This document shows positions 24,402 through 38,599 of a DNA stretch of 64,000 bases, piece after piece. The position numbers and the translations under genes were made by a program. Position 1 is the stretch's first letter, and the number at the start of each line of letters is the position of its first letter. The stretch spans positions 1,252,785-1,316,784 of the forward strand of contig NW_019217784.1 in the NCBI RefSeq assembly GCF_002571385.2, read 5' to 3'. Source of the DNA: Stylophora pistillata. Taxonomy: Eukaryota. The notes beneath the pieces are model-generated. The model saw nothing but the letters and a program-made list of their open reading frames with translations. It had not been told where the DNA came from and did not search any database.

Positions 24402-24981
24402 CTCGTTTTCTGACTCCACCTCGGCGACGGTAAGTCCCACCATCCTGGTTTCTCAACAAGGGAGCCACTTGGAGAAGAACTGCGCGGTTCCTAATCGCAT
24501 CGTAGTCCTCGTGTTGTGTGATGCATTTTATCCGTTCAATGGAACCATCAAAAACCATCTTTGCAGATGAATTTGTTACCTCTCTGCAACATCGAAACTC
24601 CAGGGAACCAACTAACGTCCCGGTATTACATTGCTTGCAGCGACACCTGAAGAAGACAGCAAAAATGAATTGTTGTCTAACAAAGATTTGCTATAAGTAT
24701 ATATACAAGGAATTTTAAAGGACCAGTTTTACTAACCAGGAGTCTACGTCTACAGTTCTCTCGTATCTAGCCTCCAGAGTTGACGGGGTAAGTCCATCAA
24801 CATCGGTTTGTTCGCTCGAAACGCCAGTTTCTTCGTCGTTCTCGTCCGCGAGCGGCTCATCTTGATATGGAGCTATCACACCAGTGATAACTCCCCATTC
24901 CTCTTCAGAACTGTCGCTTATTCCACAATCCATACTTTCTATAGAGTCAGACGACTCAATACTCTCGGAATCGCTGGACAT
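24402..24981 (-). CDS. P2X7 C-terminal 'ballast'-like / KolX-like Cys-rich protein inside the transposon (exons 24981-24737 and 24646-24402; 3' exon not visible, possibly a pseudogene)
   Basis: Acidic N-terminus with PYQDEP, then spliced W|CRCKQC...EFRCCRE...CITQHEDYDAIRNRAVL, matching the WCxCxxC...CCR...CIT pattern of the P2X7 cytoplasmic zinc-binding domain. Confidence 0.7.
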
Positions 24982-27900
24982 TTCGAAGCGTGAAACGATA
25001 GAATTGAGCGAGTAATCACAGCGTGTTACAAGGAAAACACTGAAAGTTGTTGACCTTGCCAATCATAGGATCAAACAACCTGACGTCACGAGTCCCAATT
25101 CTCGGCCCAGTCTCCGGGAACAATTTTACACATAAATTTAGCGTGTTTCGGGCGCTAAAAATCGACCAAAAAAATTGTTTCATTCATTTTAAACTCTCAA
25201 ACCGTTTATTATACACATGGAACTAGCTATCAACGAAAAAAAAAATTTCGTGTCATATACACTTTAAGCAGAGGTGATATTGACTCATAATGCTACTCTG
25301 AATCCAAAAGCGCCGCTTTGTATATCGCCATAAATGATACATATAGTGTTATGTGAATTCTTGAGTAAATCGGTTCGAGCAATGACACTGGGACTTTAAA
25401 TCACTTTCCACTGTAATGAAAACCTCAGTAGTAAAGTATCCTATACATCAATGACCAACTTTACATTCATGTAATATGATGCGTCTTCTAGGAGTGTAAT
25501 TTTGTTTTAGTGGCCGAACCTTAAGATAAAATAACTCTCCACATAGGTTTTTGACCCTCTGTGAGGCAAGCTTATTGCATTTCGGTCGTTTTATTATAAG
25601 TTTCCTTGGTAAAATATTAAAAACATCTTCAATATATTTAGCTACATGATTGTATCGTAATTACTATGAATAGATGCTTCCTGTTTGTCGCAGTTCAACG
25701 CACTTTTTATAGAATTATGCTATTTTTCAAGACTGGAGACATGTATTCTTTGACTTTGTACATGCGATTGGTTTAGCTGACGTATAAATAAAAGAGTTAC
25801 ATAATCCTGAACCTGAGCTAATAAAAATTGCAGTTTGCAGATGCTATTTCTACGAATGTTTATCAGTTATTGCCAATAGAGGGCTTCGACCAGTTCTTAC
25901 TGAATTGGTTTCAAAACGTAATTCCCCAGAATAAACTTTTGACGAAGGTGATTCTGCCACCAGAATTTCACGTTTTTTAACCACTGTGAGCAAACTCTTC
26001 GGACATTAATCAACGCCGAAAAATGAGAAAGGAAGAATAATCGGAACTCGAAACAAAGATTCTGTCTTGCTGAGCGATTGATGACGGTCTGTGACTATTT
26101 TTATTAATTCGTCGAATGAACTCGTATTCGACGGTTAACTACAGAATACGCTGGATTCGAATGACATTGAGACGAGTAACCAAGAAACACACCTAGGAGT
26201 GTAATTCACAACAGCTTCTGTTCAGTTAAGGCATCACAGAATCCGTTCGTCCAAAGGTTAGCTAAAACTGGTTGCATTTCGTGTCTTTAAAAACACTCAC
26301 CCGAACTAATTCAAGACGATGCAAGCATAACAGTTTGCATTGTAATAGTGCCCCCCATCCACATAATCCGTGGACTCTGCCATAAACGACAGTTTTTAAA
26401 CGTGCTTAGCAGAATTTATCACCTCTTCTCCTTTATGGGCAGAATTTCATCAGAAAAGGGAAAATCTTGGAAGCATAGTATCCTCTTCGGGTAAAATTCA
26501 GGCCAATTCATGAACAGAATTTACTACGTTATATATTGCAAATACATAGGAACTAAAAGGTAGCTGAAATACGTTTTTTTCATAACTTTTACAGTAGTTA
26601 TTTAGAATTTGATTCAGCAGTAACTCAGCAACCATATATTACAGCCTACACCATGGTATCTTATTAACGCAAGCTTGTCCGTTTGGAGTTTCATGTTAAC
26701 GTAAATTTTTTTTTCCAACTTAGTTTCGGTCCTCTGAAAAATTGCATTCACTAAATTAGTGTTACGAGACTTACAAACCGCACACGAAAAAAAAAAAAAT
26801 TCGTTTTGAAACAATGAGAATGCTAAGTTTCTTGTCGATGATATCGGCACCTAAAAAAAAAACACTTGTCGGAAAAACTGACATACAACGATATTTGTTA
26901 TTAAAAAGCTATTCATTGAGTCCATATGCTGTACATGAAAATAGAAGCTGAGAGAGTAGTGCCCCATAATGTCATGTACATTGCATAAGGATTTGAAATT
27001 ATTCTCGTAAACTTTCTTCCGAAGTGTTTGTACGCTGATGATTTATCTTGTAGTGAATGAAAACGTTGAAGAGATAAAACGGTGCTCTTGAATTGTACAT
27101 TTAAACCTTTTTTTATTTATTTCAAAATCGATTATTTGACTAAATCAATGATGAATAAGCCTACACGAGGAAAAAAATTAGTAGATTTAAATATTCACAC
27201 GTCAACAAAAGTGGGAAATCCAGGCGGCGTCTTTTGGATGACGCTAGTAACAGCTTAGAACCTCGATCAGCGAGCATCTGTGTTTAGAAACTCAGTAGTT
27301 TATCTTTCAACGTAACAAGGAGCATCATATCAATTTAAAGAGAACCGAAATGAATGAAAACACCGGATCAGTTTTCGTGTGACTGACTCATTAACACTTT
27401 GTCTTTCATATGTAAACTGCATGGTTGCTCAGAATATCTAAAGACTGAACCGTACAGGGGCACTTTAAGTTATGATATTCAGTTAACGTCTGTTTGTAGA
27501 AGTCTGAGAAAACCGCATCCTTTTTAAAAAATTGGCTATGGCGTGGTATGAAATAAAAAAAAAAAAAAAGACAAAGAAAGTTTTCTCTCGCAGACAAACT
27601 TACCTACGCCCTTCAAGTAGATACCAAAATTAACATCTCCGGTTTTTCATCACGAAAGCTTGTGATGAACATCCGACTCTAGTCTGAAAAAAAGATAGTT
27701 TATTTATTTTCTTTCTCTACATGCGTGCTCTTGGCACGCAAGTATCAAAATTTACCTCCATTTCCCTTCGATTAAGGCTTTGCAAAAGTGTTATCACTCG
27801 CCACACCTGTCGTTTTAAGGCAAGTGTTAATTTAAGTATGATAATTCCATCCGATCGGTTCAGTGTGAATAAAATCAAGCGCTTAATTCCATTACTGCAC

Positions 27901-28968
27901 TTATGAAGGAGTGCACCTGCATGGGTTTATCCAAATGAATACCTGTTTTCATTAAAAAAGGCTCTCAGGCTATTGAAGAGTGAAACTTCTCAGTGAGGTG
28001 GAATCATAAGTAGAAGCAGACTGGCCTGCAGAGGAATTGCTTGACTCGAGAGCGAAGACAACATTTCAATAAGAAAAAGATATGATAAACTAAAGTTCTT
28101 CATCGAAATATAACTTGGGACTCAAGAAGCAGACTAGTGCGTTGAAAATGTTTAATGTGGTTAATTCAAAATAATCTCAAGGTATGGGATGGATGTGTAA
28201 GTTTCAGTTGGTTGTATATTGAAATTGTTGAAATGACTCTTTGGTCAAAGAAAGTTTTCCTCACAAATGGATTTTTTGGCAGAAAAGTATTTTATTTTAG
28301 TAAGCTTATCTTGAGAGTGGTTACGGCAGAATTCTTCTTTTTGGCTAAAAATTTCAAGAAGGTCTAGGCCTACGTATACTTTTATGCAATAAACTCGTAA
28401 TGAGAAATGCTTTTTCCTTTTAAAAGTTATGATAATTATAATCTCCTCAGTTCTGCATCGTCCCACAGTCTAATGCTCGGGAATGGTGTAGCGGGCCTAC
28501 TTAATTTTAATTTTCTGCGACAGAAAATCTACCCTGTTGAGCTGACTCTTAATTAATTCATAAAAGTAACTCTTGATGACTCTTATTTAATTGCAACGAA
28601 GGAGAAAAAACTAACAAAAGATTTTAAAGAGTTCCGAAACGTTATGGTTATGAGAAGATCATATCTTTCTTTCTTTCTCAAGCAAATTGCATTGCGTTTA
28701 TCATTCAACAGATTCTTAACTTTTCCCTGAATTGCTCATGCGCTGAGCGAAACGTTTCAGTTTGGAAATAATTCAACAACACCCCTTAGTGTCTTGCAAA
28801 AGAGCTAATCTTTGTTCCTAATGAACAATTCAGTCAAGATATAGTGTTTTAAATTTCTAATTTCCTCAGTTAACCGAAGTACTGAGCTAAAAGTTAGGTA
28901 TCATTTCATTTCATTTTTTTCCTTGAAAGCTCGATATCATTCAGATGCATTGGTGATCATATCCCAAG

Positions 28969-31900
28969 ATGGAGATGCAAGAGTTAAGAAGCCATGATGG
29001 ATCAGAAATCGAACATGAGAGAAACGCAAAAGACTTGCTCTGCTCTCTCATCAAGGACTTCTGTGACTACACATCTGCGCATGGCCTGGGAAGGATAATG
29101 GCGGCTACACATTGGGTGCGAAAAGTACTCTGGATCATGCTCCTTTTGATTGCGATGACGATTATGACGATTCAAGTGCACGTTTTGTACTTAAAATACC
29201 AAAGCCGGCCTCTGACTACCTTGGTCACGGTTGAAACAGCCTCGGTATGCCAGTTCCAATGCTATCGCCATTACTTTTTGACTCTGTAAGGATTGAGCTT
29301 CAAAGGGACACTGAAACCCAATCGTTATATTTCTATCAGGCATGCGCGAACTACGGCACTATGCACTACATGAGCCACTATGGTTCTACGCTCTGAGTAT
29401 CGAAGGTCTAAACACAGGCAGCGATTTTAAGTGCAGCGGCTTTCAACCGGTCAAAACTTATATTTTGATTCAGAATGACAGAGGTAGGAGTGCAAACGTT
29501 TCGCTCCCAAAAAATACCGCCTTGGCAAAAAAATAAAATGATTGTCTCTTTGCCAGGACCTTTTTGAAGCGCTTCCCCTCGATACCAAGGCTTTAATCTT
29601 TTCTATATACTCTCGTCCACGTTCGTGTTATTATTTTTTTATGGCTTCAAACAGATTCTTGGAAATGTTTTAACTTTCCTGGAATCAACTTCATATTTCT
29701 CAGAGCCTCCCATTTCCAGTTGTAACACTCTGCAACTTCAATGCTCTCCGAAATGATTCTCTACAAGCTGCTAAAGAAGATGGAATGGACATTTTCAAAA
29801 ACCTCTTCACAGGAGAACTTGGTAATGCTGACAAAAATACTGCTTTATAGTGATTATAGTCCTGCTAATAAGCAGGCATAAAATTCTAGTGCCCCGTTTA
29901 AGTCTATTTGTTGCACACATTGGTCATGAGAATCTAATGAGTTTCTAAACTCTACCAGGGTATATTTCTTTCCAATTTGTAGTTAACTGGATGACGCAGA
30001 GACATTATTAGCGGACATGGGCATACACCTCTTACATTGTTTTCGTGTTTATCTTACGCTAATTCAGCCAAAAACATCTCAAGTAACCGGAGAAAACGAC
30101 GATCAAATGATCCTGCTCCAACTTTAGAAAGCCTCGCTAATCAGGAAGGTTCAACATATGATTCTGATGACGATGATGACGAGGACTTTTCTTGGGATGA
30201 CGACGAAGACGAAGAGTTTCGCGATCCGTTTAAGAAAGACCCAACCTTTTTGAAAAAGGAGCAGTTTGCTGTTCTTATGGCTAAGGAAGATCTTTCACTA
30301 TTAAGCATGATAGGTCACCAATTTGACGACTTGGTTTTGTCCTGTACATACAGGGGTGTCCCATGCAAGTAAGTTGTACAGTAGCTACTTTCACTGACGT
30401 GAAAGGGCAATTTGAATATCAACTTTTATTCTTATCGGTAGTTGTGGTGAAGACAAGACGTTAGGCAAAACGTTTGAGAATTCCAAAAAGATTCTTAGCC
30501 TAGAGTTTGTACGCCCATACTTCTACCAAACTTCAGCGAAAAAAATGTCTTTTTTTAAATTCTTCACTGAAGAAACTTTAATGCAAAGGTACAACCGCTT
30601 TGGAAATAGGAGCCATTCTAAATGGAAGAAGCGATTTTTCCAAGCCTTAGAACACAACTAACAGACAAGAAGGAAAAACTTGCTTGCTCTCTGACCAAAT
30701 AAGTTTAATATTTTCCTTTTTGTTTCAGGAATTTCTCCTCTATTTTTTGGAGGAAGTTTTGGCATTACAAGTATGGCAACTGTTTTGTATTTAACAGTGG
30801 CAAAACAAAATCAGGGGAGAACGCACCCATCCTAAAATCCAACAAACCAGGACCATCTCATGGTAAAATACGCGTCTAAGTTACACTTATACAAACCTAT
30901 ACTTAAACGCAAAAAGTAAATCAACTGAAGACGATGAAAGTTCTATCTTATAAGTTTCAATTTACTAACTAAAAATAACCTCTTCGTTGGCCAATTAGGA
31001 TATGCAAACGATTCCTGAAAAGAGCGTAAGCGAGGAAAAAACATTGATTGACTCTTCTTTGATCTCATCCATACCTTTAAGAGAGCGGTGAATTTGCGTC
31101 AGATTTCAAGTTTTGTTAGTATCCTTTATTTCTGGACTGTGTACGTGAAAATGGTGATGCCATTAGCGAGCGCAAGGTTTTGTAAGTGCCACGTAAGAAC
31201 TAAACATGGTGTATCTGTGTATTCTTGATCATGAGCTCCTGTGCAACTCACTGACAGGTCTGGCCATCATCAGATCCGTAAACAACTGTCAAGCAGCCGT
31301 ATTTGAATCTAAACGATGATAATAAATATTTATGCTTCTTTTTAGGACTTATCTTGGAACTTAACGTCGAGCAGGAGGAATACGTAGGACAAATGAGTCC
31401 AGAGGCGGGAATCAAACTTGATATTTCTCCTCATGGTGAGATGCCCTTTCCACTGGAAAGAGGCCTGAGTCTTGCTCCAGGATACGCCACTATGATTGGG
31501 ATGAGGAAGGTAAAAGAATTCAGCAACCTGATCGGCCAGAAATGACATCTTTCGGTAAACAAAGTCGAACTGAAGGATCTTTGCAGTTGGCAACGACCTC
31601 AAGTGCAGCACAGGCCCACGAATATGAGTTTGGAAAACCAAGTACTTCGACTTTAGCTTAGTTTTCAATGTCATTAAAACATAAATGAAATAACTAGTGA
31701 AGAAATGATCCCCGCATGTAAAGTAAGATCTGGACGGGATACGAACCCGAGGGTCGCTACAACCAGCTGAGCTGCGAAGCCAAATATTAAGAGTGAGGCA
31801 AATTATGATGGGCCTTTCGTTCCCACAAGTAGCTAAAATTGTTTCGAAGTGTTATTCTGTTATTTATAGGAAGTGATAAAGAGAGAGGATCCATTTCAGA

Positions 31901-33720
31901 GTAAGCGATGTTTGAAGGAGGTGACCAAAGATGAAACCAACTTGTATACAAAGCACTTTGGAGCAGTTTACTCTTCAACGGTACAATGCTGTTAATTATG
32001 ATATCGTCGTTGCCACCTGCCTTGTTGTTGTCGTTCAAAAAAGTACTACAATCCTCTAATCCTATTTTTTGTCTTAAAACTCACCTCAGGCATGTAGAAA
32101 ATCTTGCTTGGCCTACAATCAGCTTAAAAGGTGCCGATGTATGCAATACCAGTTTCCAGGAAGTTCCAATTACGGTATCTGTAACGTCATCGACAAACCA
32201 ACACGTAAGTCTCTTCACACGACTTATCCAAGCTTAATTGTCGTTTGGTAGATTTCGGAATAACTTTTGTTATCTTCAAACAAAAATTTAACGCAAATTG
32301 GATTTCATCTTTTTTTTCAAAAGTCAAATGCCTCAGCGGTGTCCAGAAGATGTTTAAAGAAAACAAGTTAAACTGTACTACATCTTGTCCGCCACCGTGC
32401 AGGTAAAGACAACTAAAATTACAGGCAACGTCCAGAGAAAGTCATAAAACAAAGGAAATTTTATACTTAAACTTTTATTCTGGAACGCAGAACTAATGAA
32501 AATGCACTAGAAAAAGATCATACGAAAAAAAAAATTGCAAATTAAAAACAAACATTTTAAGTAATCAGCATTTCTGGCACTCTCAGAAACAGAGAAAAGT
32601 TTAAATCTAACTTCACATTGGAGTTGACGAGGCGTTCCTCTTATATGTTTCAGTCGCATAACAATTAATTTACTTCCCGATGAGAGAGACACAACAAAAC
32701 GTGTTCTCATCACGTGTCATACAGGAAATTGATAGTGAGAATATGCTGATACTCAGTTCTTTGGTTTGTTATCAGAGAAGAAGGTTACAAGATGAGTTCC
32801 TCGTTTGCTCTTTGGCCATCGGAGAAGTATGAGGTACAGCTGATGGTTACTGGTTATTTTTTTGAATGATGGTAACCATGACAACTTACTTCAACCTCTT
32901 TTTATCTTTGCTTTGGTCCACTTGCAGCCAATCTACGAAGAGGCTTTGCAGAAGGAACACAAAATTTTGTTTACCAAGATAGGTTCATCTCACAGGTAAA
33001 TAATATTAATATCAAGGGACGACTGGAGCTTCACAAGCAGGACGCCGGCCCTTTACGGGAGTACCTGTGAAGAGATAGGAAGTGCTTTACAGAATAAGCC
33101 TAACGCATTCATTATTTTGAATCCAGTCAAAAATATCTTTTAATAAATTAGTTGAAGCCATTTGTGTGTCCTTTTTTCCTTCACTATAAAGGAAAAATGT
33201 TTGCAAGTTACAAGTATTCTATGAAGAACTCAACTTGGAGATGATAACGGAACAGCGATCGTATGAGGTATGCATGTTAAGGGCTGAGCCCGTTAACTCT
33301 AAAAAGTGATAAACATTTAACTTCTCCCCATGATATTCATACATCATCCAGCAAAGGGGCTGTAACAATTAAAATGTATGATAAAACGTGCCAGTTTTTG
33401 TTTCAAATGTTGAGGTTGACGAATCTGGACAATTGATATAAAATTTAAAATAATCCGGAAAGCGTCTAAAAAAGTCTGGAGAGGGTTCTCTCGAGTGCTA
33501 ATCATGGTAAAAGGGCTCAACGAGTGTTTCTGTCCGTTAACAGATTGAAGACTTCGTATCGGACATTGGCGGCCAGTTGGGTCTGTGGATTGGTTTTTCT
33601 GTGCTGACTGCAGCTGAGTTCTTAGAGCTGTTCATGCTCATATTCCACGCAGTTTTAAAGAGCTGTGGAGCCAAAAAGACACAAAATTCAAACCACATTC
33701 ATCAGGATAGTGTGGCCTAA
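28969..33720 (+). CDS. DEG/ENaC channel subunit, paralog E (complete, 12 coding exons)
   Basis: YTSAHGLGRI plus TM1 (to 29244); FPVVTLCNFN; finger exon with RRKRR and a poly-Asp tract; GHQFDDLVLSCTYRG; YGNCFVFN; thumb cysteines; TM2 VSDIGGQLGLWIGFSVLTAAE; TAA ends at 33720. Confidence 0.92.
31703..31782 (-). mobile_element. Degenerate tRNA-derived SINE head fragment
   Basis: Minus strand reads tggcttcgcagctcagctggttgtagcg...gggttcgtatccc, with A-box and B-box-like motifs but an internally deleted cloverleaf. Confidence 0.45.
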
Positions 33721-33748
33721 ACAGAGAAAGCTATGGAATTTCCCTAAC

Positions 33749-33997
33749 CAGGCGCGTAGCGTGGTCATTTTTTCAAGTACGCACAAGTACATATGATCTA
33801 GAAACCTAAGTAAACTGAGCGAAAAATACCGCGTTCTTTATTTCTTGTTCGAAATAGTTGTGTGAATACAAGCAAAGAACAAAGCGTCTCGCCCTTATTT
33901 TGAGCAAACCTGGCGCAAACACAACATTGTTTTCAAAATTTTCTGGTCACAGTCAAGTACGCACGTGCGTATATGCGTATAGGACGCTACGCGCCTG
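33749..33997. mobile_element. MITE (hAT-like CAGG termini) with a 5-bp TSD, 28 bp after the stop of paralog E
   Basis: TIR caggcgcgtagcgt / acgctacgcgcctg; CTAAC duplicated at 33744-48 and 33998-34002. Confidence 0.85.
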
Positions 33998-36900
33998 CTA
34001 ACCTGCTAATTACACAATCAAAACTACATTCACTCGGCCTGTTGGCAAGATGGCGGGGAACACCCCATAACGTGGTGTGAATTGAAAGAAGACTGCCCCA
34101 CCCTTGTTCTATGGTTGAAAAAGTAAAGCATTTTTTATTTGGTTACGGCAAGGCGATTGGGGAGAAACATTCTTAAATTCTCAATTTATTCTAAGATTTG
34201 AAACGATAGCATCGTTACGTCTTATTCCGTTTCGTTTTGTTTTTGTGAGTTTATTTTCAGATTTATTTTGAACTTATCCGATAATAAAGTGTCGCTAATA
34301 TAATTATCTTAAAAATAGAAGAGAGAACGTGTCTACTTCACACCAAAGAATACAGTTTCCGTTTCCGATTAACCGTCATATGAAGCACTGCGCATAGCTT
34401 TTTCAGTATATGGAGGAATCAAGCTATTTCAGCTATTTTTAGTTCGTTTTTTGTCTTGCCTGCTTCAGCCCAATAAAAGCTTTGCTGAAACATCGATTAT
34501 ACAAAAAATCCTGGAATCATACCTTCGAATTGCTAGCTTCTTCAGTGCGACTGATGGGCTCATACTGGGTGCTATGCTACAAATGTTGAACCAGGAAATA
34601 ACAAAATATAGGTCACTTGATAATTTTAACATAGCCACTGATATCGGTCAATTTAATGACAGATCAGTTTTGTTAAAAAGTGATGACATTCATAGCTAAA
34701 CAACTTTACTTTCTCATCCTTCGTTATTTGTTTTGAATAAAAAACCACCTTACAGTTTCATATTATATTAAGTGCATGTTTTAATTTACATCTGAGTTTT
34801 ATTCGTAAGGACCTGCCTGCTCATGTTTTTATTGATCCCAGCCAGTCGAACGTCAATCAAACCCAACGGATAAATCAGTTTTAATCAGACTTCAAGGTGT
34901 GTCGAGATCATAGATGTTGCTTAGCTACAGAGCAGTTTTCAGTCATAAACAAACGGAAAATAAGCATCAACAGAAAAACAACACGTGTTTGGGTGGTTCT
35001 TCCCAGACACAGACTCGTGCGACCGCATTTCCGGAGATTGAAATATGATATTCTCAGGTAGATCGTTACCGCCTGATTAGTTAGTTATGTGTTCAGAGAA
35101 AAGCGCGAGTAAGCAGGCAAACTTTCCTGCATGTCTGATCCAACCGGGTCCTTGCTCTCTTATCAACGTCCAATCGATTCGAACAGAAATTATTTTTCCA
35201 ATTCTCTTAAAGTTTATTATTTGAAGAAAGAAAGCCCCCAATGGAATCTTTCTGTTAAAATAAAGGAATAAATGTGTAGGATATTCAATTTACTTTATGT
35301 AATTCTTCTTCCAGCTGTGATTAAATGTTGTTACTTTTGACCAGGTCGATCGATTTTCACATTGAGGTCAGCTCTCAACGAGAACTTTACCTTGCATGAA
35401 GCAATCTGTGTCCGTAACAGATTGACATTTGTCACTTGGTATGCTTACCATGACAATTTTGTGTTCAATCTAAATAAAGAATCTTGAAAAAACGTCATAG
35501 CTTTAGTGTCCTAAGATGCCAAGCATACATAAGACGAGTCTGGAAACAGTCACGCGATTTAATCGATCATAAGTTCTTTTGATCTAAGTAACAATCAGAA
35601 ATGGAAACTGGTCAATATTCTATTTTGACAGACCTAAAATTAGGCAAAACCTGTATTTTCACCGCGAGTTCAAGTTTCAGGCTGTATCAACAAGAGCGCA
35701 AATTATGCAGTTCAGAAAGAAAGATAGTTACCCTTCAACATTTATTAAGCGCTTCATCAAACAAAGCGAATAACGTTGTGCATTGTTATTGTTTTTACGG
35801 GTGCTGTTTTATCATGCAAAAAAGGTCAATAACAAATGTTACTAATATAATGATATAAGATGTTTAGCATAGAAATGGAAATGCGGAATTTTTTGACGTC
35901 AGCAATGTTTTGTTGCCCTTAATTAGCGCGTATGAACCCAAATTAGATCACTGACTACGTGCCGAACGACAGACCGCTGTAGGACAAGCTTACAGATCAC
36001 CAATCGCTCACATGTACTCTTTGGGTAATTGTCGAGGTCTTTTTGTTTGCACAATAATGAAAGAAAGTTCATCTTGACGTAAATCACCAAGGAGCCGATA
36101 CTCACCGTGATCAGTCAGAAAATTTGCTGCACTCGAAGGCTGAAAGAAAAACTGTTCTCGGGTAAGAAAGCTTTCATTCCACTGCATTTTAACTGTGTTA
36201 TATTTCCAACATTAGAGCCATACGGAGTGTAATAACTTCCATCGGCACATACACCTGTGTAATAAGTCCAATGTTGTAGTAGAGTGAGTCGCTGCTCGCG
36301 AACACTTTCAATAATTCAGTTCAAATTGAGCAGTGAACAATGAACTGGCAATTAATCTTCTGAAATTACATTGCTGACATCAAGATCGTTTGAATAAAAG
36401 ATCCTTTAGTTTTGCATGTTCGATTCACCGCATGTTCTTTGTTCACCTGTGAATCTCATAATTTCAATTGAATTTCCTTTTTACCGCTGGGGAACAAACT
36501 GTAAGCGCAATTCAAGATGCGTTTAGTTATTCAATCTATGTTTGAATGAATCAACAGCCTGAGCTTTCACAGATCTCGCTTGACATTTTGAGGGAAAAAG
36601 GCAAACTCCTTGACAAAAATTGTCGACTCAACTTGTGCTACAACAGCAACACTAACAACGATTTGAAAAAATTCTCACTCAGCCAAGAATTTTCGCATGA
36701 CTGACACAAGAGCCCTTACTCAAGGTGACCCATTACACTTAGTGACATCTTGTCCTAAATATCCAGAGGAGATATCGGGCGGCTGTAAACATAACCAGAT
36801 AACGGAAATCATCATATTTTCATTATCAGCAAATCACACCCGTAATTTTCACGCAGTCTTTCGAAAACAAACGATTATTTTATAAATTTATTTTTCCATA

Positions 36901-38599
36901 TTAATTTCTTTTCGAGGCTTATGTCAACACAAGCGACGGGCAAATACGAAGAGGCCAATATGCTTATGAACTAGAAAACTCGTGCTGATAGATTTTGATA
37001 ATACCTTCCGCGATAAGTTTAAAATAAAAATACTGCGGGTTTTGAAATTTCAATATTTTCTTTTCTACCGCAGAAAAAACCTTAAAACTCGAGTGAATTC
37101 TTAAAATGGTTTACGGAGCTGGGCTCCGTTTTCTGGTACTCGTGTATCTTAGCTCCCTCGCATGTTAAAGGCTTTCTTCTTGTTCCATTCGAGACTGCTT
37201 AACCTAAGGTTGTTGGTAACTTAATAAGGCTTTTACAGTTCAACTCAGCAAAAAAGGTGAATATCCTAAAGCAAATTTCCCAGAATACTGACCATTTCTT
37301 CGTAGCATCAATGGTAAACATTTGCAATGTCTATCAACTGGTGATGTAATCGAGGGTCAATCCTCTATCTGATGGAAGTTAAAAGCTGTTAGATAATGGA
37401 CTAAATTAACAACATTATGCTGAGGCCTTTGTTTGATTAATTCAAACACTCTTCCTTAATTTCTTTTTGAATATCATTTCCCAGCGTGCGATAATTTTGT
37501 ACACGTTTGCATATCAACACTTAGAATTCGAATTCACAGAATGCACGCTATTCTGCCAAGAATCAAGATAATAAAGATCCGTTACGTAAATTCACCACTG
37601 TTGAATTGTTGTGTGTTTCATTTCTCCTTTACTTTCACTTTTCCTTCAATTTTTTTCGGTTTGATAAGTATGGGAAGAAATGGTAACTGCTTTGATAATG
37701 TCTTTGTTCCCACTATCCATATCCGGATGTGGCATTAGGTGTTGAGCTGCATCTGAACTTATAAGTCAAAGATTGGACGCTATACTTAGCTGATGAAAGG
37801 CTTAAAATATTCTTCCTTATCATTAAAATAGTGCTAAAAGGAAAACTGGCTTGATATCAAATTCGAGAACGAGAATCTCAACCTATTTTTTGTATCACCA
37901 ATTAATCATGGAGAACTAAATGAAGAGAGTATCAGAGCGTCGAAAAGCAATGAGTAAGTGTACATGCAAAGTTTGGAATTTCAGATAATCCAATTCGGGT
38001 TGATTGGAGATTAGTCTACTGATTACGAACACAAAATATAGAAGTATTGTTACTACGCTAGTTCGGTGTCTAAGTGAAGGTAATAACTATTAAGAATGAC
38101 GTTACTGGCCAAACTTTTATTTTTTACCATCTGTCTTCAGTCGTTTGCACTTAGTATACTTGATTATCTTCATCGATTATAAAGGTATTTTTTGTCCTAT
38201 TTGTAACTGTTCTGTGGTTCTCTAGGTTTGGTTTATGGATTAGAGGACGACAAAGCAATATCTGGCTTTTTATGATCGTCTGCCGTTGGTACAAAACGTC
38301 CTGTATTCGGTTTGTCCAGCTAAATACTGACCAAGGGTCATGGAAATTTTTTCTGCATTTGTTAATAGACTTATTCCAAGAAATTTCTCAGAGAAAGTTT
38401 TGTGCCATAACAATTATCAAAAGAACAAGTGTTCACTCTGCTCATGGTGTAACACGCTCATTGTTTTACATTCGACTACTTTTCATAGTTCACCATTTAA
38501 ACATACTTGTGGTTTCAGGTTCGACTGATTAGTATCCGACGGAGTATATTTGTAGTCATACAATTGTGGAAACTTCTAGTTAACATGACTGGCTTACAT

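Larger units (their letters stand above)
23645..25263. mobile_element. Kolobok-type DNA transposon (non-autonomous or deleted), spanning an assembly gap
   Basis: TTAA on both sides (23641-44, 25264-67); ends AGTGTATATGACA...TGTCATATACACT; imperfect TIRs of ~80 bp plus an internal inverted motif gtgacgtcaggttgtttga (23831 / 25071). TTAA target with RR..YY termini fits Kolobok. Confidence 0.75.

Noticed and set aside
24402-24981. P2X7 purinergic receptor gene
   Set aside because: Only the cytoplasmic Cys-rich domain is present; there are no TM helices or ATP-binding ectodomain, and it sits inside a TIR element.
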